Source: Mustelus asterias
Lineage: Eukaryota
DNA: 64,000 nucleotides
Reading direction: 5' to 3'
Assembly: GCF_964213995.1 (NCBI RefSeq)
Contig: NC_135817.1
Coordinates: forward strand, 70,804,001-70,868,000
The position numbers and the translations under genes are program-made. Positions 37,259 through 48,220 of this stretch are shown piece after piece. Under the pieces are notes generated by a model that was not told the DNA's origin, ran no database searches, and was given only the letters and a program-made list of their open reading frames with translations. Numbering within the stretch: the first letter of the stretch is position 1; every line of letters begins with the position of its first letter.

Positions 37259-37668
37259 CAGATAGTGAGGTGAGGCCACTCCAGGTGTGGCCTCACCAGC
37301 ACCTTATACAGCTGCAACATAACCTCCTTGTTTTTAAACTTCATCCCTCGGGCAATGAAGGACAAAATTCCATTTGCCTTCTTAATTACCTGCTGCATCT
37401 GCAAACCAACTCCTTGAGATTCCTGCACAAGGACACCCAGGTCCCTCTGCACAGCAGCATGCTGCAATTTTTTACCATTTATATAATAGTCCATTTTGCT
37501 GCCAAAATGGATGACCTCACATTTCCTAACATTGTATTCCAGCTGCCAGACCCTTGCCCAATCACTCAAAACTATCTATATCCCTTTGCAGACTTTGTGT
37601 CCTCTGCACACTTTGCTCTACCTTTGCTCATCTTAGTGTCATCTGCGAATTTTGACACACTACACTTG

Positions 37669-37795
37669 GGCCGGAATTTTACCGGCACGCCCGCCCTGAT
37701 TCCGGGAGCGGGCGAGGCTCGGAGAACGGCATCCTCTGTTGGCCTCGGGTGGGATTGTACAAAGCTCGGGCGGACATGCCGGTAAAATTCCGTCC
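37669..37795. mobile_element. 127-bp PIF/Harbinger-type MITE
   Basis: TIR ggaattttaccggca / tgccggtaaaattcc, 3-bp TSD TTG; removal restores CR1 sequence. Confidence 0.85.
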
Positions 37796-38222
37796 TTGGT
37801 CCCCAACTCCAAATCATCTATGTAAATAGGAAGCAAATAATTCCAAAATAACCCAAAAAAACCCTAAAATAACCTCGATACAGAAATTCCCCAGAAAGCC
37901 TGTTGTGCGATGGTTATAGAACTGGAACATTAACCCCAAACACGCATTCAAATCTAGCACGACTAGCGAGGAAATTTACTTCAATAGAAGTTGGGAGGTT
38001 GTTGCCTAGGATGAGAGAAATTTACAAATACAGCTGCCATAAGTGTGGAAATCCAACCAGTTCACCACTGTCCCTCAGGAAGGAGCCTGTCACCATCAGC
38101 CAATCGAGCTACATGTGACTCCAACCTCACATAATGTCATCGATTTGAAGGAAACTGTGGATGGACAATAAATGTTGCCCTTTGTAGCGTCCACCTCTCA
38201 GCAGCAAATCAAAAGCACACAA

Positions 38223-38567
38223 GGGTGGCATGGTGGCACAGTGGTTAGCACTGCTGCCTCAGCTCCAGGGACCTGAGTTCGATTCCCGGCTTGGGTCACT
38301 GTCTGTGTGGAATTTGCACATTCTCCCCGTGTCTGCGTGGGTTTCCTCCGGGTGCTCCGGTTTCCTCCCACAGTCCAAAGATGTGCTGGTTAGATGAATT
38401 GGCCATGCTAAATTGCCCCTTTGTGTCCTGAGATGCGTAGGTTAGAGGGATTAGCGGGATAAATATGTGGGGTTATGGGGATAGGGCCTGAGTGGGATTG
38501 TTGTCGGTGCAGGCTCGATGGGCTGAATGGCCTCCTTCTGCACTGTAGGGATTCTATGATTCTGTGA
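38223..38567 (+). mobile_element. Full-length HE1 SINE (tail A)
   Basis: Head, V core and HER1-type tail. Confidence 0.92.
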
Positions 38568-38708
38568 ATTGAATAAGGCGTGTGTTAATGTCATCCAATC
38601 TCTGAAATGTCCTGGCAGTTGCATGGGCATCCAGCAGAGGGAGCCTCATCTGGAAGCCATTTCTCTGTCATTCCTGGGTAAAGTTCTGCTTGAATATCTC
38701 TGCATTCA

Positions 38709-41700
38709 TGTGGTGAACCATCGTTGGTTCACCACTGGGGTTTGTTACTATGTTACTGTTGGGCTAGGGTGTTGTTACTGTGGGGGTTGTACTATGTTGT
38801 TGGGTTAGGGTGTTTACCTGTTATAAGAGTTATCATGGCACATTCCAGTGGGGTCCCGCCTCCGGTGGCGAGGTATAAGACCCCCTGCTCCGGCAGGACT
38901 CCTTCAGTCTGAACTGGTGTATTCGTGTTAGTAGTTCCATTGTTACTTTATTAAAGCCTTCAATACCGAAGCCTTGGTTCCATGTGCTTATTGACGCGCG
39001 TCAATTTAATAAAGTAAACAGAAAACTCACAACTGTGCAACAAGAAGAAAAAAACAGAGAGTATGGAACAGATTCTAAAACCGGATCGTCTGACACTGGA
39101 CCCACGTGCGGTCGGTGCAGCTAACACATTCGACCATTGGTGGAAGTGCTTTGAGGACTACCTGGCAGCCTCGGTAGCTATCACTACGGACAGTGATAGA
39201 CTCCAGGTCCTCCACGCAAGGGTAAGCGACACGATTTACCTAGCCATTCGTGCAGCTCCCACTTACCAGGGTGCCGTCGAGCTCCTACAGAAAAGATACA
39301 CTATGCCACTCAACGAGATACACGCTCGTTACCTCCTCGCTACACGACGTCGGCAGTCGGGCGAAACCATGGAGGATTATGCCAATGAGCTCCTGCAGCT
39401 TGCCAGGGGTTGCGACTGTAAGGACGTCTCCGCCGAACAGTATATGTACGACCTCGCCCGAGACGCGTTCGTAGCAGGGGTAGGGTCCTCGTACATCAGG
39501 CTTAAATTGCTAGAAAAGGGGAAACTCAACTTAACCCAGGCAATGGAGATGGCCGTGAGGTTGGAGGCGGCGTCGAAGAGCTTGGCGCTGTACCCCGAGG
39601 ACCACGTGCAGTCAACGTGGTTGGAGCAAGCTCAGCTCCCTCCTCGCCCCGCGAACCCGCGCTCCCAGATCGATTCGACGACGGTGGCAGCTCCAGGTGG
39701 CCAGCGATGCTATTTTTGTGGAGGGGCCAAGCATCCACGGCAACAGTGTCCGGCAAGAACGGCAATCTGCAGCCAGTGCGGTAAAAAAGGCCACTACGGC
39801 AAAGTCTGCAGGTCCAAACCTAAAAACGGCAGTGCAGCTTGTAACCCTCCAGAACGGAGACCATCTCTTTCGGCGTTGCAGTACCCACGAGGTCCGACCA
39901 CGTGCGATCTCAGGACGGCGCCATCGTGGCAGACAGAGGAGGAGGAAGACCACCAGGAGTCGCTGCGCTTGGCGCCCTCGCCCACGTGCGATTCATGGGG
40001 GCGGCCATCATGGTCCACGACGACTAGGAGCGACCAGCAGGGGTCTTCAGCATCCACATCGGCAGCATGCAGTGACGCCCAGGGGCCAACGGTGGCGTCG
40101 ATCTCCCTGGATCAGACCAAGCATTACAGACTGGAACATTCTATGATGGAGGTAAAGGTTAGTGGCAGAACTGTGAATTGTCTGTTTGACAGCGGAAGCA
40201 CCGAAAGTTTCATACACCCTGAAACTGCTAAAAGGTGTGGACTCCGGATTCTCCCTGCCAAACAGACAATTTCCATGGCATCACGGTCCCGGTCTGTACC
40301 GATCCAAGGACGATGTATGGTAACTCTTGAGGTACAGGGCACAATTTACGAGCAATACAGGCTCCTTGTGCTACCTCACCTTTGCGCGCCAATTCTCCTC
40401 GGACTAAACTTTATGGTCCACATGAAGAGTGTGATCCTACAGTACGGTGGGCCACTCCCTTCACTGGCAGTAGGGAATCCGCCGCAGCCTCCAAATTGCC
40501 CAAAGCGCCCCGCGTGCAATTTATCCACCCTGAAGATCACGACACCATCCCTTTTTAAAAATCTGGTTCCTGGCTGCAAGCCCATCGCTACTAAAAGTAG
40601 GCGTTACAGCGCTGAGGACCGGATCTTTATTAGATCTGAGGTTCAGCGGCTCCTCAAGGAAGGGATCATACAGGCCAGTGCTAGTCCGTGGAGAGCGCAG
40701 GTCGTGGTAGTCAAAAGCGGGAACAAACCTCGGATGGTCATCGACTATAGTCAGACCATTAATAGATACACGCAGCTGGATGCGTATCCTCTCCCGCGCA
40801 TTTCTGATATGGTCAATCAGATTGCGCAGTACCGAGTGTTTTCTACCATAGACCTTAAGTCCGCCTACCATCAACTCCCCATCCACCCAGAGTACCGACA
40901 ATATACGGCTTTTGAGGCGGATGGTCGTCTATACCAATTCCTCAGGGTTCCATTTGGTGTCACCAATGGGGTCTCGGTCTTCCAGCGTGCTATGGACCGA
41001 ATGGTGGACCAGAACGGGTTGCGGGCTACCTTCCCGTACCTGGATAACGTCACCATCTGCGGCCATGACCAGCAGGACCACGACACGAATCTCCAACACT
41101 TTCTGCGCACTGCATCTCGCCTGAATCTGACCTATAACAGGGAGAAGTGCGTATTCCGTACGCGTAGGTTAGCCATCCTCGGATACGTGGTGGAAAACGG
41201 GGTCATTGGCCCTGATCCAGACCGTATGCGCCCACTCACTGAACTTCCCTTGCCCGCTAGCACGAAAGCACTGAGGAGATGCCTCGGGTTTTTTTCATAT
41301 TATGCACAGTGGGTCCCCAACTACGCGGACAAAGCCCGTCCGCTCATTAAGTCCACGACCTTTCCACTTACGCCGGAGGCCCAATTGGCCTTCAAGGTTT
41401 TGAAGAGCGACATCTCGAAAGCCACGATGCACGCGGTGGATGAATCCATCCCTTTCCAGGTGGAGAGTGATGCATCTGACTTCGCCCTAGCCGCCACACT
41501 AAACCAGGCAGGCAGGCCCGTCGCGTTCTTTTCCCGCACCCTTCAAGGCCCAGAAATTCGGCACTCAGCGGTGGAAAAGGAGGCTCAGGCCATTGTGGAG
41601 GCAGTCAGACACTGGCGCCATTACCTGGCAGGTAAGCGGTTCACCCTGATCACGGATCAACGATCCATGGCGTTTATGTTCAGTAACACGCAGAGGGGCA

Positions 41701-43480
41701 AGATCAAGAACGATAAGATCTTGCGGTGGAGAATTGAGCTCTCCACCTATAATTACGATATTATGTATCGTCCAGGGAAGCTCAATGAGCCCTCGGATGC
41801 CCTCTCGCGCGGAACATGCGCCATCATGCAGGAGGACCGCTTGAAGGCTCTCCACAATGATCTGTGTCATCCTGGAGTCACCAGACTCTACCACTTCATC
41901 AAAGCCCGCAACCTGCCTTACTCGGTGGAGGATGTCAGGTCAGTGACGAGAAGCTGTCGGATTTGCGCAGAATGCAAACCACACTTTTATCGACCAGACC
42001 GGGCACAATTGGTCAAGGCCACTCGCCCTTTTGAGAGGCTGAGTGTGGATTTTAAGGGCCCCCTTCCCTCAACGGACCGGAATGTCTATTTTCTCAACAT
42101 AATAGACGAGTATTCCCGGTTTCCGTTTGTTTTCCCCTGTGCGGACACGTCAACTGCCACCGTCATTAAGGTTTTCAGTGAACTTTTTACCCTGTTCGGG
42201 TACCCCTGCTACATTCATAGCGACAGGGGCTCGTCGTTCATGAGCAACGACTTGAGGCAATTCCTGCTCTCATTCGGGATTGCCTCTAGTAGAACCACGA
42301 GCTACAACCCTAGGGGTAACGGACAGGTGGAAAGGGAGAATGCTACAGTCTGGAAGGCTGTCCTACTGGCACTGAAATCCAGGGGCCTTCCAGTCTCCCG
42401 TTGGCAGGAGGTCCTTCCAAATGCGCTCCATTCTATCCGCTCCCTCCTGTGTACGGCAACCAATGCTACTCCCCACGAGAGGATGTTCTCATTCCCTCGG
42501 AAGTCGTCCTCGGGGACCTCATTGCCAGCCTGGTTGACGTACCCAGGACCCGTCCTTCTGCGGCGCCATGTGAGGGCTCGCAAGTCCGACCCCTTGGTCG
42601 AACCAGTCCAACTCCTCCACGCCAACCCTCAGTATGCCTATGTGGCATATCCTGACGGGCGAGAGGACACTGTCTCCATTAGAGACCTGGCGCCCGCAGG
42701 GGACGTAGCAACTCCTGTCGCTCCTATTCCCCCAGTCACGAATCCACTACTCCTCATTACTTCCCCAGACGTGGCGCGGTCAGCACCGGGACCAGTGCAT
42801 AACACCTTTACTCCCATGTACAGCTTGCCTGAGACTCGGAGATCGGCGCCACCATCATCATCACCACCACCACTACCACCAAACGTTCCAGGATCCCCTG
42901 CACCATCGCCTCACCAGGGCCGGCCGGCCCGGGAGTCCTTGAGGGGACAGCCAGACGTTGCTTTGGAAAGAGCGCCACCACAAGCACCTGCTCCGGTTTC
43001 GCAACTGGTGTTGAGGAGATCGGCACCTGCTCCGGTTTCGCAACCGGTGTTGAGGAGATCGCAGCGTCGGTGCGGTCCTCCAGACCGTCTGGACTTGTGA
43101 ATCCTGTGATTTTTCTGTTATTGTCTGTTTATATGACCTGTTTTTCGTCCACCCCGCCACCTTTTGTTCTTAAAGGAGGGGTGAATGTGGTGAACCATCG
43201 TTGGTTCACCACTGGGGTTTGTTACTATGTTACTGTTGGGCTAGGGTGTTGTTACTGTGGGGGTTGTACTATGTTGTTGGGTTAGGGTGTTTACCTGTTA
43301 TAAGAGTTATCATGGCACATTCCAGTGGGGTCCCGCTTCCGGTGGCGAGGTATAAGACCCCCTGCTCCGGCAGGACCCCTTCAGTCTGAACTGGTGTATT
43401 CGTGTTAGTAGTTCCATTGTTACTTTATTAAAGCCTTCAATACCGAAGCCTTGGTTCCATGTGCTTATTGACGCGCGTCA
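38709..43480 (+). mobile_element. Intact, recently inserted Ty3/Gypsy LTR retrotransposon (Mag-like)
   Basis: 295-bp LTRs 38709-39003 and 43186-43480 (2 differences seen), TG...CA, 5-bp TSD ATTCA, PPT aaaggaggggtgaa 43172-43185. Confidence 0.97.
39063..43100 (+). CDS. Gag-Pol polyprotein (1345 aa): Gag with two CCHC knuckles, protease, RT, RNase H, integrase
   Basis: CYFCGGAKHPRQQC, CSQCGKKGHYGKVC, LFDSGS, YLDN, DASD, HHCC and D-D-E (VDFKG, HSDRG, QVER). Confidence 0.96.
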   Translation: MEQILKPDRLTLDPRAVGAANTFDHWWKCFEDYLAASVAITTDSDRLQVLHARVSDTIYLAIRAAPTYQGAVELLQKRYTMPLNEIHARYLLATRRRQSGETMEDYANELLQLARGCDCKDVSAEQYMYDLARDAFVAGVGSSYIRLKLLEKGKLNLTQAMEMAVRLEAASKSLALYPEDHVQSTWLEQAQLPPRPANPRSQIDSTTVAAPGGQRCYFCGGAKHPRQQCPARTAICSQCGKKGHYGKVCRSKPKNGSAACNPPERRPSLSALQYPRGPTTCDLRTAPSWQTEEEEDHQESLRLAPSPTCDSWGRPSWSTTTRSDQQGSSASTSAACSDAQGPTVASISLDQTKHYRLEHSMMEVKVSGRTVNCLFDSGSTESFIHPETAKRCGLRILPAKQTISMASRSRSVPIQGRCMVTLEVQGTIYEQYRLLVLPHLCAPILLGLNFMVHMKSVILQYGGPLPSLAVGNPPQPPNCPKRPACNLSTLKITTPSLFKNLVPGCKPIATKSRRYSAEDRIFIRSEVQRLLKEGIIQASASPWRAQVVVVKSGNKPRMVIDYSQTINRYTQLDAYPLPRISDMVNQIAQYRVFSTIDLKSAYHQLPIHPEYRQYTAFEADGRLYQFLRVPFGVTNGVSVFQRAMDRMVDQNGLRATFPYLDNVTICGHDQQDHDTNLQHFLRTASRLNLTYNREKCVFRTRRLAILGYVVENGVIGPDPDRMRPLTELPLPASTKALRRCLGFFSYYAQWVPNYADKARPLIKSTTFPLTPEAQLAFKVLKSDISKATMHAVDESIPFQVESDASDFALAATLNQAGRPVAFFSRTLQGPEIRHSAVEKEAQAIVEAVRHWRHYLAGKRFTLITDQRSMAFMFSNTQRGKIKNDKILRWRIELSTYNYDIMYRPGKLNEPSDALSRGTCAIMQEDRLKALHNDLCHPGVTRLYHFIKARNLPYSVEDVRSVTRSCRICAECKPHFYRPDRAQLVKATRPFERLSVDFKGPLPSTDRNVYFLNIIDEYSRFPFVFPCADTSTATVIKVFSELFTLFGYPCYIHSDRGSSFMSNDLRQFLLSFGIASSRTTSYNPRGNGQVERENATVWKAVLLALKSRGLPVSRWQEVLPNALHSIRSLLCTATNATPHERMFSFPRKSSSGTSLPAWLTYPGPVLLRRHVRARKSDPLVEPVQLLHANPQYAYVAYPDGREDTVSIRDLAPAGDVATPVAPIPPVTNPLLLITSPDVARSAPGPVHNTFTPMYSLPETRRSAPPSSSPPPLPPNVPGSPAPSPHQGRPARESLRGQPDVALERAPPQAPAPVSQLVLRRSAPAPVSQPVLRRSQRRCGPPDRLDL

Positions 43481-43606
43481 ATTCAACACTTATAAAATAC
43501 AAGAATAAACATGGTGACAGCAAACATATTGAATTGAGACTGAGTTCTGCATGCATGATTGTTCGGAAGGTTTCTTCAATTTAAATGCATGCAAGGTGCT
43601 GTTGTT

Positions 43607-43765
43607 GTCCAAAAATGTGCTGGTTAGGTGCATTGGCCGTGCTAAATTCTCCCTCAATGTACCCAAACAGGCGCCGGACTGTGACGACTTGGGGATTTTC
43701 ACAGTAACTTCATTGCAGTGTGAATGTAAGCCTACTTCTGACTAATAAATAAACTTTAATAAACT
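43607..43765 (+). mobile_element. Partial HE1-like SINE (tail B)
   Basis: Tail B sequence. Confidence 0.8.
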
Positions 43766-44469
43766 TTTACTCTTCAACAGCACAGGAACAGGCCCTTTGG
43801 CCCACCAAGCCTGCGCCGATACCCGGACAGAATCAGTTTGCTGAAGGTTCTTTTCTTAAAGACGGCGTTCTTGCACTGACAGCTGCTTAATGTGACATTG
43901 CAATACTGAAACAAAGATTGTAGCCTGGAGTTTCTGCCCCCATTTCGGTGCACTTCCCTCAATATTAGCTTAACCAGCACAACAGATTGCGGAATTTTAA
44001 GCTCGAATGATTGTCAGGCACAATTTGAGTTTCCATGATTTTTTACATTAGTTTAAAAGATGTTACAATAGAAGCAGCTCCAGTGGCGGCGGCAGGGTAA
44101 ATGAATAATCATTGCGAGTTTCCATTCATTGTACTAACCTGCAGGCTTCAGCAGGGTGGTTCTAAACACTAAGCTGCAACTGTGTGCAAAGGTATGAGCA
44201 GGCACATTCTGAAAGATTTTGAGTGATTGTTTACTAATTTACAAAGGAATTGACTTTTGTACCCCCACCTCACTGGAAAATGTGTTTGTATATTTATTAT
44301 AGGTCATATTCAGTCATTCAGAAATTGAGGGATTAACCTTGGAAATTCTAATGCTTAGGCATGTCAGTCAGGCCTGTCAATGGGATAGGGAGTAAGACGC
44401 TCTTTCGGAGAGCCGGAGCAGACTTAATGGGCCGAATGGCCTCCTTCTGCACTGTAAGGATTCCTCTGT

Positions 44470-45610
44470 GGTTCTATGTCTCACCCTGGGTTAGTGGTCT
44501 CCAGAAGCTTGCACCGTGACTGCGTGTGTTGCGGGTTCTCACTTGTGCCTGCCGCCCCCACCTCGCCCTCTGCACATGTGCGGTCCTGCTCATCGCTGAC
44601 CAGCTCAAGGCTCTCAGCTTGGGCATGACCCCGGCTGGCTGTGCCCACCCATGCCAGCTGTACTCGTGTTTGACCTGCAGTGAGACAGTCAGGGAGAGTG
44701 TGGTGGGGAGTCCTGCCAGTTCAGATGGTGATGAAGTCTGGTATGCGTGGGAGGTGAATGGGAGCAGGGATGTGAGGAGCAAATGATCTACTGGGAGACC
44801 ATTGGGAGTTGGGGGAGGGGGTTTGGCATGGGAGGGATGGGCCACATTTGATTTTGACTTGATTTGATTTATTATTGTCACATGTATTAGCATAGAGTGA
44901 AAAGTATTGTTTCTTGTGCGCTATACAGACAGAGCACGTCGTTCACAGAGAAGGAGAGGAGAGAGTGCAGAATGTAGTGTTACAGTCATAGCTGGGGTCT
45001 AGAGAAAGATCAACTTAATGCAAGGTAGGTCCATTCAAAAGTCTGACAGCAGCAGGGAAGAAGCTGTTCTTGAGTCGGTTGGTACGTGACCTCAGACTTT
45101 TGTATCTTCTTCCCGACGGAAGAAGGCGGAAGAGAGAATGTCCGGGATGAGAAGTGCTGGGAATCGTGAGGCGTCTGGGTGAGAGATCACTTTGGAAGTG
45201 TGAAGGGCATGTGCAAAGGTGGAGTGAGAGACATCAGGAGGCGGACTGACCCTGGCTGTGTGAAGAAGCTCCCACAGTCTGAAAGACGTGCTGGTTAGCT
45301 GCATTGACTTAAACAGGCGCCGGAGTGTGGCGACTCGGGGAATTTCACAGTGACTTCATTGCAGTGTTAATGTAAGCCTTACTTGTGACTAATAAATAAG
45401 CTTTAAACTTTAAGCTCATTCATCTTCTTCCGGCACAGTTGCCCCGTCCTCTAATGGAGCGAGCTGGCATTCACTAACACGTCCACAGCCTCCTGGGTGG
45501 GGGTGGTGACCTTGCTTGCTGGACGCCTGGCCAATCACAGATACAGGGTGTCACGCCTCTGCTCCACGCTATCCGGAGTTTTAGTGAGGTCACCCTCCAG
45601 GAAACATGGA
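44470..45610 (-). mobile_element. Harbinger Myb/SANT-like remnant with nested Rex1 (44848-45150) and SINE tail (45268-45412) insertions
   Basis: Minus strand DSVEQRRDTLY...RTGQLCRKKMN fragments. Confidence 0.55.
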
Positions 45611-46269
45611 GCTGTTTTCCTGGTCGGCATTCCCCCCCCCCCCCCCCCCCCCCCCGTGGATTTGTAACAAGTGCTGAGGCAGACGTTTACAAGGAGCACC
45701 CTGCTTATTACAGAGATTAGGTTTTACCGGAGTGAGCGAATCAGAGGCAAGCCGCCATGAGTGTGGGTGTGAAACACATGGAAAAAGTTTTTTTGTTAAA
45801 GTAACTGAACGTACGGCAACTTTTCCCGCCATTGTCCATGGCAGGATTGTCACTGGGACCGACACTTTGAAAATAATATCAGAAACTTCTACTCTTTGAT
45901 CTTAAATCTAAACAAAGGAAACTATGAGGGTGTGAATGGGGGGATTGGGAAGCAGCGGTAAGGGAATGGGCATCGGGGATTTGGGCTGCGGCAGCACAGG
46001 GGCGACAGGGTGAGACCCCAACTCGAGAACGGGCATTGTGAATAGACCCTTGATGCCACTGGACGGACAATCTCAAGGATGTAGACATTAGTGGCATGAC
46101 CATTATTAGTGCTGAGAGGGGTATAACCTTGGCATATTGAGGTGGCAGATCCTCACAATTATTGGTGAGCCTGCCACATGTGGCAGGAAACTCGGAAATG
46201 TGACTGGCACGCAGGAGTGCGCACAAGCTCTGAGGAGTGACCCATAACTTGGAACCCTTGCCGCAATGC

Positions 46270-46975
46270 AGATGATGTGGAGATGCCGGCGTTGGACTGG
46301 GGTGGGCACAGTAAGAAGTCTCACAACACCAGGTTAAAGTACAACAGGTTTATTTGGTATCACGAGCTTTCAGAGCGCTACTCCTTCATCAGGTGAATGG
46401 AAAGTTGGGTTCACAAACACGGCATATATAGACACAGACTCAATTAAAGTTGAAAAGTTTATTTATTAGTCACAAGTAGGCTTACACTAACACTGCAATA
46501 AAGTTACTGTGAAAATCCCTAGTCGCCACACTCCAGCGCCTGTTCGGGTCAATGCACCTCACCAACATGTCTTTCAGACTGTGGGAGGAAACCAGAGCAC
46601 CCGGAGAAAACCCACACAGACACGGGGAGAACGTGCAAACTCCACACAGACAGTGACCCAAGCCGGGAATCGAACCCAGGTCCCTGGTACTGTGAAGCAG
46701 CAGTGCTAACCACTGTGCCACCATGCCGCCCATTGCAAGATAATGGTTGGAATGTGAGTCTTAATAGGTAATCAAGTCTTTACAGGTGCAGACAATGCAA
46801 GTGGAGAGAGGGTTAATCACAGGTTAAAGAGGTGTGAATTGTCTGGAGTAAGATTTTTCGCCTGATGAATTCCTCTGTGTCCGCTGCGAGACTGCACTGC
46901 AGAGAGTACAGGGAATTCCAGTATACATAACCCTTCTCCATCCCTTTTAACATCTCTCCTTCTACACTAGACCTT
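46270..46975 (-). mobile_element. Penelope-like 3' fragment with minimal hammerhead (46360-46396), split by HE1-like SINE 46455-46731
   Basis: tcac-CTGATGA-aggagtagcgctct-GAAA-gctcgtga on the minus strand. Confidence 0.7.
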
Positions 46976-47830
46976 GACCTTTGCTGAAAGCAGGCGAGCT
47001 GGGAATGCACTGAGCCACAATCTTAGACAGGCAAGAATTAGCAATGCATGATCGGTAAAGAATGTGAACCAAGTTCTCCCACGAGGAAACCTGACATGAA
47101 GGATGATGCTTCACACTTGTTGGGAATGATGGATGAATGAGCACACACTGTTCTGCGGTGGAAGCAGAACACAAGATGTGAGGCGCCAGATAGTGAAATC
47201 TGTGATAAGTGAGGGGAGGGACCATGGTGACACATCCTGTTTTACAGAGACAAGGTTCATCATAAAGGGGAGGAATGCACAAAAGTAGATGTGAAGTGTG
47301 TTGCATTGCACGTACACTGATGAACATTAGAAACATATGGTTAATACCTGTGTCACCATAGTGCTCCTAATATTTTATAGATTTCCTAACCCTACTGCTA
47401 CATCTTGCTGCTTACCCAACATCCACGGATGGAGGCACATCACCGGGCAGGGAACCAGCAGAGTCCTGGCCTCCAGCATCCCTCTGAGACCCGTTTCCCT
47501 GGGACATCCCTGCCTCCACCTCTTGTGGATCTTCAGCTGTGAGGTGCTCACCAGTGAGTGATCCAGAAGCCCCACCTGCTTAGTGAACCCACCGTGGTGT
47601 GAGTATCTGCACTGGTGCTGGGTGTAGGTAACGGCTGTGACGCATCTTCAGCGGTGGGGTCTGAAAAGTCTCCCTCGGAGCTGCTCGTGTCCAGAGGGTC
47701 CAGGGGGAAGAGGATGGTCCGGGCTGCTTGGCCGTTTTGCCTACAAGAGAAGGGAGATACAAAGGATAAATGAGGGAACATTAATTACTCATTGGGGAAT
47801 GACAGCGTATCTTGAGGATTCTCATGTTTG

Positions 47831-48220
47831 CCCACTGCAGCACTGCCAGACTCCCACTGCAGCACTGCAAGACTCCCCTGCAGCACTGCAAGACTCCCCT
47901 GCAGCACTGTTCCCACTGCAGCACTGTCAGACTCCCATTACAGCACTGCAAGACTCCCCTGCAGCACTGTTCCCACTGCAGCACTGCCAGACTCCCACTG
48001 CAGCACTGTTCCTACTGCAGCACTGCCAGACTCCCACTGCAGCACTGCCAGACTCCCACTGCAGCACTGCCAGACTCCCACTGCAGCACTGCCAGACTCC
48101 CACTGCAGCACCTGCAAGACTTCCGCTGTAGCATTGCAAGACTCCTATTGCAGTACTGTTCCTGCTGTAGAACTGCAAGACTCCAGCTGTAGCACTGTTC
48201 CTGCTGCAGCACTGCAAGGC
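47831..48220. repeat. Composite minisatellite of 22-bp (cccactgcagcactgccagact) and 17-bp (cccactgcagcactgtt) units
   Basis: Directly visible tandem array that degenerates toward the 3' end. Confidence 0.9.

Larger units (their letters stand above)
35465..37830 (-). mobile_element. CR1 LINE fragment interrupted by a younger CR1 (36024-37258) and a MITE (37669-37795)
   Basis: ORFs 35667-35963 and 37258-37569 are contiguous parts of one RT. Confidence 0.85.

Noticed and set aside
45632-45655. Poly-C tract (and poly-G at 51251-51274)
   Set aside because: Homopolymers in or beside repeats; length unreliable.
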